DNA of 64,000 nucleotides from Candidatus Geohabitans tengchongensis (GCA_031459625.1 JAVKIH010000006.1:30972-94971); one strand, 5' to 3'; shown: positions 28,433-38,911, numbered from the stretch's first letter. Translations and numbers: made by a program. The notes: generated by a model not told the origin, from the sequence alone.

Positions 28433-29416
28433 TCACCCTCCCTGCACGCCCACCGCCATCCCCCGGCGGGCCAGCCACTGGTTGAGGACCACGGTGCCCG
28501 CCAGGACCGCGCCCACCGCCCCCAGTTGCCAGATCGGGTGGATGCCTGCCAGCTGCAGGCCGTTGGAGAGCACGGTGATGACGGCCACGCCCAGCACCGT
28601 CCCCAGCACGGTGCCCTCGCCGCCGGCGATGTGGGTGCCGCCCAGCACGGCGATGGTGATGGCCTGCAGCTCGTAGCCAAAGCCCGCGTCCGGGCGGGCG
28701 CTGGCCACCCGGGACGTGATCACGACCGCGGCCACTCCGGCGAGCAGGCCGGAGAGGGTGAAGACCCAGAATCGCACCCGCTCCACGGGGATGGCCGCGA
28801 AGCGCGCCGCCACCTCGTTCGTGCCGACGCCGTAGAGGTGACGGCCGAAGACCGTGTGCCGCAGCAGAGTGTGCAGCAGCAGCGCCACGGGGAGGAAGAC
28901 CAGCACCACCTGGAGGGGGATTCCCAGCACTTCCCCCTGGCCCAGGACGTAGAAGCGTTCCGGCAACCCCGAGATGGGCACGGTGTCCGTCAGCACCAGC
29001 GCCGCCGACCCGTAGATGTAGAGCGTGCCCAGGGTGACGATGAGGGCGGGAATGCGCAGCGCGGTGATGCAGAGGGCGTTGAGGGCGCCCATCACCGCCC
29101 CGCTGAGGACGGCGGCGCCTGCAGCCAGCCACACGTCCACTGCCAGGTGCTTGACCAGCAGGCCCATGACGATGCCGGCCAGGCTCAGCATCGAGCCGAC
29201 GGAGAGGTCGATGGAGCCCCCGCCGGAGATGATCACCAGAGTCTCGCCCAGGGCCAGCAGGCCGATCTCGACCCCGTAGCGCGTCATGTTCAGGGTGTTG
29301 TAGAGCGTGGCGAAGCCGTCGACGCTCAGAGCGAAGAGGGCGTAGCTGGCCACCAGCAGGGCGAGGAGGAAGCGGGGGCGGTCGGCGGCGACGGCACGCA
29401 GCAGCCGCGCAGCCAT
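28433..29416 (-). CDS. Sugar ABC permease (RhaQ-like)
   Basis: SIDLSVGS, YGVGTNEVAARFAAI, ITIAVLGG; GGGAGG RBS before ATG 29416. Confidence 0.9.
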   Translation of the reverse strand: MAARLLRAVAADRPRFLLALLVASYALFALSVDGFATLYNTLNMTRYGVEIGLLALGETLVIISGGGSIDLSVGSMLSLAGIVMGLLVKHLAVDVWLAAGAAVLSGAVMGALNALCITALRIPALIVTLGTLYIYGSAALVLTDTVPISGLPERFYVLGQGEVLGIPLQVVLVFLPVALLLHTLLRHTVFGRHLYGVGTNEVAARFAAIPVERVRFWVFTLSGLLAGVAAVVITSRVASARPDAGFGYELQAITIAVLGGTHIAGGEGTVLGTVLGVAVITVLSNGLQLAGIHPIWQLGAVGAVLAGTVVLNQWLARRGMAVGVQGG

Positions 29417-29453
29417 CAGGGACCTCCCAGTGCCCAGCGCCGGCCGCACCCCA

Positions 29454-30443
29454 TCAGGGGGTTCCCCGCCGGGTGCGCAGCAGGTCGACGGCCACGGCCA
29501 GCAGGATCAGGACGCCGGCCACCATCCCCTCGGCCAGCCCGCTCACGTTCATCAGGATCAGCCCGTTCTTGATCTGGCCCACCAGCACGGCGCCCAGGAC
29601 GCTGCCCACGACGCTGCCGCGCCCGCCCAGGATGGAGGTCCCGCCCAACACCACGGCAGCGATCACCTGCAGCTCGAACCCCACGCCCGTGTTGGACTGC
29701 ACGAAGCCGGTCTGGCCGACGTAGAGGAGCGCGGCCACGCCCACCAGCATGCCCGTCACGCCGTAGACGACGAAGGCCACCCTGGCCACGTCGATCCCGG
29801 CCAGGCGTGCCGCTTCGGCGTTGCCGCCCACCGCGTAGATGTGCCGCCCCAGCGGCCGCCGGGCGGTGACGTAGGCGAAGAGGAGGGTGAGGGCGAGGGC
29901 CAGGAGGGCGGCCACCGGCACCCCGCCCACCGTGCCGAGCCCCAGCGGGCGCAGGACCGGGGGAATGTCGGCGATCCACTTGCCGCGCAGGAGCTGGAAG
30001 GTGAGCGCCCGGTAGAGCGAGAGGGTGGCGAGGGTGGCGATGATGGGCATCACGCCGGCCCGGGCGACCAGCCCACCGTTGACCATCCCCAGGACGAGAC
30101 CGCTCAGCACGCCGATCGCGATCAGGAGGCCCAGGTGCCATCCCGCCGTGGCGGCGTAGCCCAGGAGCACGGCGGTGACACCCAGCGTCGAGCCCACCGA
30201 GACGTCGATGCCGCCGGTGAGGATGACCAGGGTCATCCCCAGGGCCACGACGGCAGTGGGGGCGCTGTTCAGCAGGACGTTGGCCAGGTTGGTCGGGGTG
30301 AGGAAGCGGCCCGTCCAGGCGTGCAGGGCGAGCCCCAGCCCGAGGATGAAGAGGACGACGCCGGCCTCGCGCGTGCGCAGCACCGCCAGGCCGCGCACGA
30401 GCACCGGGGCGGGGGGCACCCGTTCAAGCGGGAGGGTTTGCAT
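29454..30443 (-). CDS. Sugar ABC permease (RhaP-like)
   Basis: GIDVSVGS, YAVGGNAEAARLAGI, IAAVVLGGTSILGG. Confidence 0.9.
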   Translation of the reverse strand: MQTLPLERVPPAPVLVRGLAVLRTREAGVVLFILGLGLALHAWTGRFLTPTNLANVLLNSAPTAVVALGMTLVILTGGIDVSVGSTLGVTAVLLGYAATAGWHLGLLIAIGVLSGLVLGMVNGGLVARAGVMPIIATLATLSLYRALTFQLLRGKWIADIPPVLRPLGLGTVGGVPVAALLALALTLLFAYVTARRPLGRHIYAVGGNAEAARLAGIDVARVAFVVYGVTGMLVGVAALLYVGQTGFVQSNTGVGFELQVIAAVVLGGTSILGGRGSVVGSVLGAVLVGQIKNGLILMNVSGLAEGMVAGVLILLAVAVDLLRTRRGTP

Positions 30444-31944
30444 AGACCTCCCGCGCTCCCGTGGCGGCCCGCAGCAGGGCCGCCTCGCCTTCCACCTCCC
30501 CCCGGGCCACCAGCGCCGTCACGCGCCCCTCGTGCAGGACCAGGATGCGGTCGGCCAGCTTCAGCACCTCGGGGAGCTCGCTGCTGATGACCACGACGGC
30601 GACGCCCTCCGCCGCCAGGGCGAAGATGCGTTCGTGGATCTCCTCTTTGGCCGCGACGTCCACGCCCCGGGTGGGCTCGTCGAGGATGAGCAGCCGGGGA
30701 CGGCGCGCCAGCCAGCGCCCCAGCAGTACCTTCTGCTGGTTGCCTCCGGAGAGCGCCTGGGTGGGGGTGTGCAGCCCGGGGGTGCGGATCCCCAGCGCCC
30801 GTACCATCGCCGCGCCCGCCGCCTCTTCCCGGCGGCGGTCCACCGCGCCCAGCAGGCGGCGCAGGGCGGGCAGGATGGCCACGGTCAGGTCGTAGCGCAC
30901 CGGCAGCGGCAGGAAGAGCCCCTGGGCCTTGCGGTCCTCGGGCAGGTAGGCGATGCCGAGGCGCAGGGCCTGCTCCGGGGAGGTGATCGCCACCGGCTCC
31001 CCGTCCAGGAGGATGCGGCCGCGGGCCGCCGGGGCGATGCCGAAGAGGGCATGGGCCACCTGCGTGCGCCCTGAGCCCACTAGCCCGAACAGGGCCAGCA
31101 CCTCGCCGCGCCGGACGTCGAAGGAGACGCCCTTCACCGTCGGCGGGACGGCCAGCTCCTCCACGCGCAGGACGACCTCCCCGATGCGTCGGCCGTCGCG
31201 GGCGGCCCGCTCGTGGAAGATCTCCCCCGCCATCAGGTCGATCAGCCGGTCGCGGGAGATCGCCCCGACAGGGAAGGTGCCGCGCACCTCCCCGTCCTTC
31301 ATCACCGTCACCCGGTCGGCGATCTGGAAGATCTCCTCCAGTCGGTGGCTGATGTAGACGATCCCCACCCCGCCGGCGCGCAGCCGCCGGATGACCCCGA
31401 AGAGCCGCTCCGTCTCGCCCTGGGTGAGGATGGCGGTGGGCTCGTCCAGGATGATCACCCGCGAGGCGTGGGAGAGCGCCTTCACGATCAGGACGAGCTG
31501 CTGCATGCCGATGGTCAGCCGGCCGATGGGCTGGGTCAGAAAGGTGCCGCGGATCCCCAGGTCGGCGAAGAGGCGGGCGGCTGCCTGGCGCTGCGCTGCC
31601 CAGTCGATGTTGCCCAGGCGGTCGCGCAACTCCCGGCCCATGAAGATGTTCTCCACCACGCTCAGGTCGGGGTAGACCAGCGGGTCCTGGTAGACGGTGG
31701 CGATGCCCAGGTCCTGGGCCACCCGGGGCGAGGTCAGGTGCACCGGCCGCCCTGCGTAGAGGACCTGGCCGTTGTCGGGCTGCAGCGCCCCGGAGAGGAT
31801 GCGGATGAGGGTGGATTTCCCGGCGCCGTTCTGCCCCACCAGCGCGTGCACCTCCCCCGGGCGCACGTCGAAGGAGGCATGGCGGACGGCGACGACACCG
31901 CCGAAGGCCTTGGAGACGTCCCGCGCGGCGAGCAGCCCGCTCAT
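30424..31944 (-). CDS. Sugar ABC ATP-binding protein (two NBDs, RhaT-like)
   Basis: GQNGAGKSTL, LDEPTA, PEDRK, LSGGNQQKV, DEPTRGVD. Confidence 0.93.
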   Translation of the reverse strand: MSGLLAARDVSKAFGGVVAVRHASFDVRPGEVHALVGQNGAGKSTLIRILSGALQPDNGQVLYAGRPVHLTSPRVAQDLGIATVYQDPLVYPDLSVVENIFMGRELRDRLGNIDWAAQRQAAARLFADLGIRGTFLTQPIGRLTIGMQQLVLIVKALSHASRVIILDEPTAILTQGETERLFGVIRRLRAGGVGIVYISHRLEEIFQIADRVTVMKDGEVRGTFPVGAISRDRLIDLMAGEIFHERAARDGRRIGEVVLRVEELAVPPTVKGVSFDVRRGEVLALFGLVGSGRTQVAHALFGIAPAARGRILLDGEPVAITSPEQALRLGIAYLPEDRKAQGLFLPLPVRYDLTVAILPALRRLLGAVDRRREEAAGAAMVRALGIRTPGLHTPTQALSGGNQQKVLLGRWLARRPRLLILDEPTRGVDVAAKEEIHERIFALAAEGVAVVVISSELPEVLKLADRILVLHEGRVTALVARGEVEGEAALLRAATGAREVYANPPA

Positions 31945-31995
31945 GGTCGGTGCCCGGGAGGGGACGGGGCGCTCCAGCCTCGCCCCCTCCGTCGC

Positions 31996-32982
31996 TCAGA
32001 AGTCGAACCGGTCGACGTTCGCCTTGGTGAAGACGGTCGGCGGGCCCAGCAACAGCATGCGCTGCTGGGGGAAGTAGCGCACCTGGCCGATGGTCGGGAC
32101 GGTGTTCACCGCGGCGAATGGCTTGCCGTCCACGAGCTGCTTCCCCGCCCAGACGGTCAGGTAGCCCAGCTTCACCGGGTCCCAGAGGACGAAGCTGGGC
32201 ACGGCCCCGTTCTTCACGTACTTGCGCATGAGTGAGGGCACCGACAGTCCGGTGACGAAGACCTTGCCGATCTTCCCCATCTGCGTCACCGCTTCCGCCG
32301 CCCCCGGGGCCGAGGTCGAGCACTGGCCGATGACGCCCTTGAGGTTGGGGAAGGCGGTGATGAGGTCGCGTGTCACCTTGATCGCCTCGTTGATGTCCTC
32401 GCCGGCGTACTTCAGGGCGACGAGCTTCATCTCCGGGTAGCGTTCGGCCTGGCGCTTCTTCTCGATCTCGATCCAGGCGTTCAGGTTCTGCGCCGTGGGG
32501 CCGCAGGAGACGATGGCATACTCGCCCCGCCGGCCCATCATTCTGGCCAGCTCGTCCATGATGGTGTTGCCGATGTCCTCGGCCAGGGCCTGGTTGACGA
32601 AGACCTCGCGCACCGAGTTGGGGGCGTCGGTGTCGGAGGTGAACATCTTGAGCCCCCGGTCCTTCCCCTTCTTCAGGGTGGGGGCGATAGCCGTGGGGTC
32701 GTTGGGGGCCACGGCGATGGCCGGCACGCCCCGGGTGATGAGGTTGTCCACGATCTGGATCTGCGCGGCCGAGTCGGCCGTGGTCGGCCCCGTGTAGACG
32801 AACTCGACGTTCAGGTCGGCGGCCGCTTGCTTGCCGCCCTTCTCCATGGCGTTGAAGTAGGGGATGCCAATCAGCTTCGGCACGAAGGCCACCTGGGTGC
32901 GCCGCGCCGCCCCCTGGACGGGCGGGAGCAGCCACAGGGCCACGACGGCGGCCAGCGTCAGGAGCCACACGCGTCGGGACAT
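31996..32982 (-). CDS. Rhamnose/AI-2-like (RhaS/LsrB family) substrate-binding protein
   Basis: Signal peptide; FVPKLIGIPYF, NLNAW, LWDPVKLGY; linked to rha catabolic genes. Confidence 0.85.
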   Translation of the reverse strand: MSRRVWLLTLAAVVALWLLPPVQGAARRTQVAFVPKLIGIPYFNAMEKGGKQAAADLNVEFVYTGPTTADSAAQIQIVDNLITRGVPAIAVAPNDPTAIAPTLKKGKDRGLKMFTSDTDAPNSVREVFVNQALAEDIGNTIMDELARMMGRRGEYAIVSCGPTAQNLNAWIEIEKKRQAERYPEMKLVALKYAGEDINEAIKVTRDLITAFPNLKGVIGQCSTSAPGAAEAVTQMGKIGKVFVTGLSVPSLMRKYVKNGAVPSFVLWDPVKLGYLTVWAGKQLVDGKPFAAVNTVPTIGQVRYFPQQRMLLLGPPTVFTKANVDRFDF

Positions 32983-33022
32983 CGCTCCTCCTCCCTTCTC
33001 TCCGACTGGTGTTCCCCCCGGG

Positions 33023-34000
33023 CTAGAAGCCCTTCTCCGCCCGGTTGAGGTTGCTCTTGGTGATGAGCAGCGGCTTGATCAGCACGGTAGCCGACGCCGG
33101 GCGTTTCTGCTCCCGGATGTATGCCACCAGGATCTCGAAGCCGGTGGACGCCTGCCGGCCGGGGAATTGCTCGATGGTGGCGTCCAGCACCCCGTTCCGG
33201 ATGGCCCGCAGCGCGTCGGGCAGGGCGTCGAACCCCACGGTGATTACGTCGGCCACCTTCACCTTGCCGCTGGCCTTCATCGCCTCGAGCGCCCCCAGGA
33301 TCATCTCGTCGTTGGCCCCGAAGACCGCGTCGATGCGCGGCAGGGCCTGCAGGGCGTCCTCCATGACCTTCAGCCCGTCCTCGCGGCGGAAGTTCGCCGT
33401 GTACTGCCTGACGGTCACGCCCTGGTAGCGGTCGAGCACCTCGCGGAACCCCCGGCTGCGGTCGATGGCGGGGCCCGCCCCGGGCGTGCCGTAGAGCTCC
33501 ACCACGGTGCCCCGGACCTCGCCGTACTTGGCCCGGAGCTGGTCGGCCACGTAGCGGCCGGCGATGCGGCCGCCCTCGACGTTATCCGCGCCCACGTGGG
33601 CCAGGATCTGCACCCCCGCGCCGGCCTCCAGGCGCCGGTCCACGGTCACGACGGGGATCCTGGCGCGGTTGAGTGCGCGCACGGCGGGGATGACAGCCCG
33701 CACCTCGATGGGGACGAGGAGGACGCCGTCCACTTTCTTGACGATCATGTCCTCGATGTCCGCCACCTGCTTGGAGACCTGGTTCTGCGACTCGACGGAG
33801 AGGACGTTCACGTTCCCCAGCTGCCGCGCCTTGTCCTTGACCGCCTTCTCCAGGAAGGCGAACCAGGCGAAGGAGAGCGAGGGGAACGAGAGCCCGATGG
33901 TGATGGTCCGTGGTGCGGCGGCCGGGAGCGGCCCCGGCGCCTGCAGCACCAGGAGGACCGCAATCACGGCGATGGCGATCTGCCAGAGCCTGCGCTGCAC
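33023..34000 (-). CDS. Sugar ABC substrate-binding protein (RbsB/AlsB-like)
   Basis: Signal peptide; VVTVDR, VGADN, DRSRGF, NDEMILGA, GFDA, TIEQ. Confidence 0.9.
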   Translation of the reverse strand: MQRRLWQIAIAVIAVLLVLQAPGPLPAAAPRTITIGLSFPSLSFAWFAFLEKAVKDKARQLGNVNVLSVESQNQVSKQVADIEDMIVKKVDGVLLVPIEVRAVIPAVRALNRARIPVVTVDRRLEAGAGVQILAHVGADNVEGGRIAGRYVADQLRAKYGEVRGTVVELYGTPGAGPAIDRSRGFREVLDRYQGVTVRQYTANFRREDGLKVMEDALQALPRIDAVFGANDEMILGALEAMKASGKVKVADVITVGFDALPDALRAIRNGVLDATIEQFPGRQASTGFEILVAYIREQKRPASATVLIKPLLITKSNLNRAEKGF

Positions 34001-34100
34001 GGTCTCCCTCCTCCCTGCGAAGCGTGTACGACGGCCGGGAGGCGACCCTCCCGAGGCCCGACCCGGTCCACTCCCACCTCCTTCCGCGCCGGCCGGTCGG

Positions 34101-35114
34101 CTAACGGCGGAACCGGCGCTTGAGGTTGTCGATGAGGGCCGCCACGACGATCACCAGCCCCTTCACGACCAGCTGCCAGTACGAGGAGACGCCGAGCAGG
34201 TTGAGCCCGTTGGAGATCACCCCGATGAGCAGCGCCCCGACCAGCGTCCCGTACACCGAGCCCACGCCGCCGAAGAGGCTGGTGCCGCCGATGACGACCG
34301 CCGCGATGACGTCCAGCTCGTAGCCCTGCCCGGCTACCAGCTCCGCCGAGTTCAGCCGGGAGGTGAGGACGAGCCCGGCGAGCCCCGACAGCAGCCCGGC
34401 CAGCGCGAAGGTGGCGATGTAGATGCGGTCCACCGCCACCCCGGAGAGCCGCGCCGCCTCCTCGTTGCCGCCGATGGCGTAGATACTGCGGCCGAAGGTG
34501 GTCCGCCGCAGGACGAAGCCGGCCAGGACCACCAGGCCGAGGAAGAGGATGACGGGGACGGGGATGGGGCCCACCTCCCCGCCGCCCAGCCACAGGAAGG
34601 CCTCGGGCAGCCCGGAGATGGGACGCCCGCCCGCCAGGATGAGCGTCAGCCCGCGGCAGACGCTGAGCGTCCCCAGGGTGACGATGAACGGGTGCATGCC
34701 GCCCTTGCGGCTGACGAAGCCGTTCAGGAAGCCGATGGCCAACCCGACCAGCAGCGCCGCGGCTGCAGCCAGGGGGATGGGCTGGGCCAGCGGCACCATC
34801 AGCGTGGCCGCCACCGCGCCCGTGAAGGCCACCACCGAGCCCACCGACAGGTCGATGCCGCCCAGCAGGATGACCATCGTCTCGCCCACGGCGATGATGC
34901 CGATGATGGAGATCTGGCGGACGACGTTGAGGATGTTGATGGGGGAGAAGAAGACCGGCTCCAGCGCCCCGATGGTCAGGGAGACGACCAGCAGGGCGAT
35001 GAGGATGCCGTAACGGTCCCACACGGCCAGGAGGGCCTCCCCCGGCGTGGGCGCCGGACGCCGCTCCGCCGCCGGCAGCGCCGCCCCCTTACCCACCGAC
35101 GACGGCTCCGCCAT
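34101..35114 (-). CDS. Sugar ABC permease (RbsC-like)
   Basis: GIDLSVGS, PFIVTLG, YAIGGNEEAARLSGV, YELDVIAAVVIGG. Confidence 0.92.
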   Translation of the reverse strand: MAEPSSVGKGAALPAAERRPAPTPGEALLAVWDRYGILIALLVVSLTIGALEPVFFSPINILNVVRQISIIGIIAVGETMVILLGGIDLSVGSVVAFTGAVAATLMVPLAQPIPLAAAAALLVGLAIGFLNGFVSRKGGMHPFIVTLGTLSVCRGLTLILAGGRPISGLPEAFLWLGGGEVGPIPVPVILFLGLVVLAGFVLRRTTFGRSIYAIGGNEEAARLSGVAVDRIYIATFALAGLLSGLAGLVLTSRLNSAELVAGQGYELDVIAAVVIGGTSLFGGVGSVYGTLVGALLIGVISNGLNLLGVSSYWQLVVKGLVIVVAALIDNLKRRFRR

Positions 35115-36648
35115 CCACCCCTCCTCCGGCCTCGCCGGCTTCCACGCCCAGGGCCAGGTTGAGGACGCGCTCCTCGCTGGCCTCCTCCCGATGCAGCTCC
35201 CCCACCACGCGCCCCTGGCGCATGACCAGGATGCGGTCGCTCATGGAGAGCAGCTCCGGGAGGTCGGAGGAGACCATGATGATGGCCCCGCCCTCCCGGC
35301 AGATGGCGCTCATCAGCCGGTAGATCTCCGCCTTCGCCCCCACGTCGATCCCGCGGGTGGGCTCGTCGAAGATCAGCACGCGGCAGCGGCGGGCCAGCCA
35401 GCGGGCCAGCACCGTCTTCTGCTGGTTGCCCCCGCTCAGGTACATCACCGGTTGCTCCAGGCCCGGCGTGCGGATGTCCAGGCGGCGCACCAGGTCGGCC
35501 ACGAGGCGCGTCTGCCGGGCCGCCTGGATCACGCCCAGGCGGGCGAGGCGGTCGAGTACGGCCAGGGAGATGTTGTCGCGCAGGCTGAGGGCGAGGACGA
35601 GCCCCTGTCCCTTGCGCTCCTCCGGCAGCAGGCCCACCCCCTGCGCGATGGCCTGGCGCGGCGAGCGGAAGCGCACCGGCCGGCCCTCCAGGAGGACGCG
35701 CCCGCCCGCCACGGGGTCGGCGCCGAAGAGGGCCCGCACCAGCTCCGTGCGCCCGGAGCCGACCATCCCGGCCAGGCCGAGGATCTCCCCGCGCCGCAGG
35801 GTGAAGCTGACGTCGACGACGCGCGGCGGAGCGGAGAGGCCCTCCACGCGCAGCACCTCCTCCCCCGGGGTGTGGCGCTCGCGGGGGAAGAACTCGTGGA
35901 GCTGGCGGCCGATCATCAGGGCGACGATGCGGTCTCCGTCCGCCTCAGCCACGGGGAGGTCCCCCACCACCCGGCCGTCGCGCAGCACGGTCACGTGGTC
36001 GGCGATCTCGAAGATCTCCTCCAGCCGGTGGCTGATGTAGATGAAGGTGACCCCCTGGTCGCGCAGCCGCCGGATGACGCGGAAGAGCCGGGCGATCTCA
36101 CGCTGGGGGAGGGCGGCGGTGGGCTCGTCCATGATCAGGATGCGGGCCTCCGCGGCCAGGGCCTTGGCCACGGCCACCATCTGCTGCCGCGCCACGGAGA
36201 GGCGGCGCACCGGGAGGCGCGGGTCGATGGGCTCGCCCAGCAGGGCCAACGCCTCGCGGGCGCGGGCCTCCAGCCGCCGCCGGTCCACCACGCCCAGGCG
36301 GGCCGGGAAGCGGCCCAGCGCAATGTTCTCGGCTACGGTCATCTCCGGGACCAGGGTGAGCTCCTGGTAGATCGCCGCCAGGCCCAGGCGGCGCGCCGCC
36401 GCCGGGCTGTCGATCACGACCGGGCGGCCGTCCACCAGGATCTCACCCCCGTCCGGCCGGTAGACGCCCGTGAGGATCTTGATCAGCGTGGACTTGCCGG
36501 CCCCGTTCTCCCCCACGATGGCATGGACGGTGCCGCCGCGGATGCGCAGGCTCACCCCGTCGAGCGCACGCACGCCGGGGAAGGCCTTGCTCACGCCGCG
36601 CACCTCCACGGCGGGGACCGCAGGCAGGGGCGCGGCGGCCAGGCTCAC
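35089..36648 (-). CDS. Sugar ABC ATP-binding protein (RbsA-like, two NBDs)
   Basis: GENGAGKSTL, MDEPTA, PEERK, LSGGNQQK, DEPTRGID; GTG start overlaps upstream stop. Confidence 0.92.
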   Translation of the reverse strand: MSLAAAPLPAVPAVEVRGVSKAFPGVRALDGVSLRIRGGTVHAIVGENGAGKSTLIKILTGVYRPDGGEILVDGRPVVIDSPAAARRLGLAAIYQELTLVPEMTVAENIALGRFPARLGVVDRRRLEARAREALALLGEPIDPRLPVRRLSVARQQMVAVAKALAAEARILIMDEPTAALPQREIARLFRVIRRLRDQGVTFIYISHRLEEIFEIADHVTVLRDGRVVGDLPVAEADGDRIVALMIGRQLHEFFPRERHTPGEEVLRVEGLSAPPRVVDVSFTLRRGEILGLAGMVGSGRTELVRALFGADPVAGGRVLLEGRPVRFRSPRQAIAQGVGLLPEERKGQGLVLALSLRDNISLAVLDRLARLGVIQAARQTRLVADLVRRLDIRTPGLEQPVMYLSGGNQQKTVLARWLARRCRVLIFDEPTRGIDVGAKAEIYRLMSAICREGGAIIMVSSDLPELLSMSDRILVMRQGRVVGELHREEASEERVLNLALGVEAGEAGGGVDGGAVVGG

Positions 36649-37883
36649 CGCGCCGTCCCCACCTCCGGGACGTCCGGGAGCGTCTCCGGACCGAAGTAGC
36701 GCAACAGGACCAGGTCCTCGCTGCCGGTGTTCCGCACGGTCACACCGGCCTGCGCAGCCGCCGCGCTGACGAACCACTCGTCCCAGGTCAGCTCGCCGTA
36801 GCGGATCACGATCGGCGTCTCCACGGGCTGGCCGTTCAGGGTCCCGCGCCCCTGCACCGCTACGAGACAGGAGGCGGCCCCGTCGCGCAGCACGAGGGAG
36901 GCCCCGGGGCGCACGGTCAGCTCGCGTGCCAGCAGCAGGGCCTGGCCGTCGATGCGGCCGTAGACCACCCAGCGGTCCACGTAACCCTCGGAGGCGCTGG
37001 GGGCGACGGGGATGGGCTCCAGGTAGTGATGGGCCTTGAAGGCGGGGTCGAGGTTGGCCTCCCAGTCCACCAGGTCGACCAGGTAGTCGAGGTCCTGGTG
37101 GTGCTCCGGCGGGACGTCCTTCACCAGCAGGCTCCAGGGGACGGGGCGGTCCTCCACCATGGACTGGAACATGGCGAAGACGTCGGAGGCCCATTGCGGT
37201 TCGTAGGTGACCAGCGTCCCGGGAGCGTGCAGGATCCCTGCCGGCACCAGCCAGCCGGTGCCCGGCCGCAGGCGGTAGGCGCGCGAGAGCTCCAGCACGC
37301 CGTTGTCGCCTTCCGCCCACCGCTCGAGGCAGCGCCGCAACGCCTCGCGCGTGGTGCCGGGCTCCAGCCCGAAGAAGGTGTAGGGGAACCGGTGCTCCTG
37401 GGCGTTCAGCTGCGGCGGGAAATAGTAGGCCTCGGGCTTGGGGGCCCGTCCCACGGCGGCCGCGTGGGCCGCCCGCTGGTGGAGGTGGTGCGGGATGGGC
37501 CCGAGGTTGTCGAAGAACTTGGCGTAGACCGGCCACCCGCCGTAGCGGGCCATCACCTCCCGGCCGATGATGCGTTCGCCGGCCACGGCGATGGCGTCGC
37601 GCAGGGTGAAGCGGCCGTCCGGGCCGACCACGTAGGAGAGCCCCTCGTCCGGCGGGGCGCCCTCGTTGGCCGCCGGGATGGTCGAGCCCAGCCAGCGCTC
37701 GTCGATGCCGCCGCGGTGGGCGCCCAGGGCGTAGACGTCCCGCGGGTGGAGCTTCAGGCGCCGCCCCGGGACGAGGAAGGAGCGCGGCACCCAGGTGGGC
37801 GCCAGGCGCAGGAGGCCGTCGCCGCTGTCGAGGGCGCGCTCCACCGCTGCGGGTGTCGGCTCGACGATCTCCGGCGATCGCAT
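36645..37883 (-). CDS. Uncharacterised phosphomannose-isomerase-type-I-like cupin protein
   Basis: ERW, AKFFD...PIPHHLHQ, KPEAYY, GILHAPG, EPQWASD resemble PMI type I metal ligands. Confidence 0.6.
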   Translation of the reverse strand: MRSPEIVEPTPAAVERALDSGDGLLRLAPTWVPRSFLVPGRRLKLHPRDVYALGAHRGGIDERWLGSTIPAANEGAPPDEGLSYVVGPDGRFTLRDAIAVAGERIIGREVMARYGGWPVYAKFFDNLGPIPHHLHQRAAHAAAVGRAPKPEAYYFPPQLNAQEHRFPYTFFGLEPGTTREALRRCLERWAEGDNGVLELSRAYRLRPGTGWLVPAGILHAPGTLVTYEPQWASDVFAMFQSMVEDRPVPWSLLVKDVPPEHHQDLDYLVDLVDWEANLDPAFKAHHYLEPIPVAPSASEGYVDRWVVYGRIDGQALLLARELTVRPGASLVLRDGAASCLVAVQGRGTLNGQPVETPIVIRYGELTWDEWFVSAAAAQAGVTVRNTGSEDLVLLRYFGPETLPDVPEVGTAR

Positions 37884-37937
37884 CTGCCACCACCTCCTCG
37901 GGCCGGGCCCTCCCGACGGCACCGGGCGGCCGTGGGG

Positions 37938-38807
37938 TCAGTGCCGCTTCTTGTCCACCAGCGCCTCCTCCACCGTGCGCATGTGCCGCACCGCCGCCGC
38001 CGGGTTCTGCAGCGCCACGGCCACGAAGAGTGCGTCCACCACGGCCATCTGGGCCAGCCGCGAGACCAGCGGCTCGCTGCGGAAGCGCGTCTCCTGGGAG
38101 GCGGTGAAGAGGCGGATCTCCGCCACCCGGGTGAGCGGGGAGCGGCCGAAGTTCGTGAGGGCGATCGTCGTCGCCCCGCCCAGGCGGGCGGCGCGCACGG
38201 CGTCCACGACGTCGCGGCTGGCCCCGGAGTGGGAGATCCCCACCGCCACGTCCCGCCGGCCCAGCTGGCGGGCGGCCACCGCCATCAGGTGGGCGTCGGC
38301 GGTGACGGTGCTGGGCACGCCGATGCGGAGGACCTTGCCGTGCAGGTCGAGGGCGATGGGCACCGAGGTGCCCAGGGCGAAGATCTCCACCCGCCGCGCC
38401 TCCGCCAGCGCCTGGGCCGCCCGGGCCAGGGCGCGCGGGTCGAGGGTGCGGCGGGTCAGCTCCAGGGTCTGGAGGTGGGAGGCGAAGACCTTGGCGATCA
38501 CCGCCCGGGGGCCGTCGCCCTCCTGGATGTCCTCGTGGATGAGCGCCAGCGGGTTGGCCAGTTCGCGGGCCAGGGCGATCTTCAGCTCCTGGTACCCCTG
38601 GTAGCCCAGCCGCTGGCAGAGGCGCACCACGGTGGCTTCACTGGCCTGGGCCACCTCGGCCAGCGCGGTGACGGAGAGCCGGATGACCTCTTCGGGGTGG
38701 GTGCGGATGTAGTCCGCGACCCGGCGCTCGGTGGGGCGCATGGCGGCGGTGCTCCGCTCGATGCGCAGGAGGCAAGCGTTGCCCGGCGAGCGCGCGCGGA
38801 CCGCCAT
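37938..38807 (-). CDS. RpiR/MurR-family transcriptional regulator
   Basis: SEATVVRLCQRLGYQGYQELK HTH; SIS domain ISHSGAS, ALTNFGRSPL. Confidence 0.93.
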   Translation of the reverse strand: MAVRARSPGNACLLRIERSTAAMRPTERRVADYIRTHPEEVIRLSVTALAEVAQASEATVVRLCQRLGYQGYQELKIALARELANPLALIHEDIQEGDGPRAVIAKVFASHLQTLELTRRTLDPRALARAAQALAEARRVEIFALGTSVPIALDLHGKVLRIGVPSTVTADAHLMAVAARQLGRRDVAVGISHSGASRDVVDAVRAARLGGATTIALTNFGRSPLTRVAEIRLFTASQETRFRSEPLVSRLAQMAVVDALFVAVALQNPAAAVRHMRTVEEALVDKKRH

Positions 38808-38852
38808 GGGACACCCGTCGGATCGGCGTGGGGCTGTTCGACAGGGAAGGTT

Positions 38853-38911
38853 CGCAGGCGTTCGCGAAAATTCCTTCCAGTTTCCAGCCTGCGCTAACGA
38901 AGGTTTCTTTC
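38853..38911. promoter_or_regulatory. Probable RpiR-family operator region in divergent promoter
   Basis: GAAAATTCCTTC (38866-38877) and GAAGGTTTCTTTC (38899-38911) imperfect palindromes; CGCAGGC/GCCTGCG inverted repeat around the AT-rich core. Confidence 0.4.

Noticed and set aside
28433..32982. Lsr (AI-2 quorum sensing) transporter
   Set aside because: The SBP resembles LsrB, but it is directly followed by rhamnose aldolase/dehydrogenase, isomerase and kinase genes, and no lsrK/lsrR/lsrG is seen; rhamnose uptake is more parsimonious.
34033..34058. GC hairpin between permease and SBP genes (similar one at about 43529-43570)
   Set aside because: Ordinary intergenic stabiliser/terminator-like stems; no further structure or repeat family evident.
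35089..37893. 934-aa ORF, and similar long Arg/Gly/Pro-rich ORFs (17687-20389, 22457-25306, 30269-32968)
   Set aside because: Stop-poor alternative frames in high-GC DNA; only the C-terminal part (35089-36648) of this one is a real ABC ATPase.
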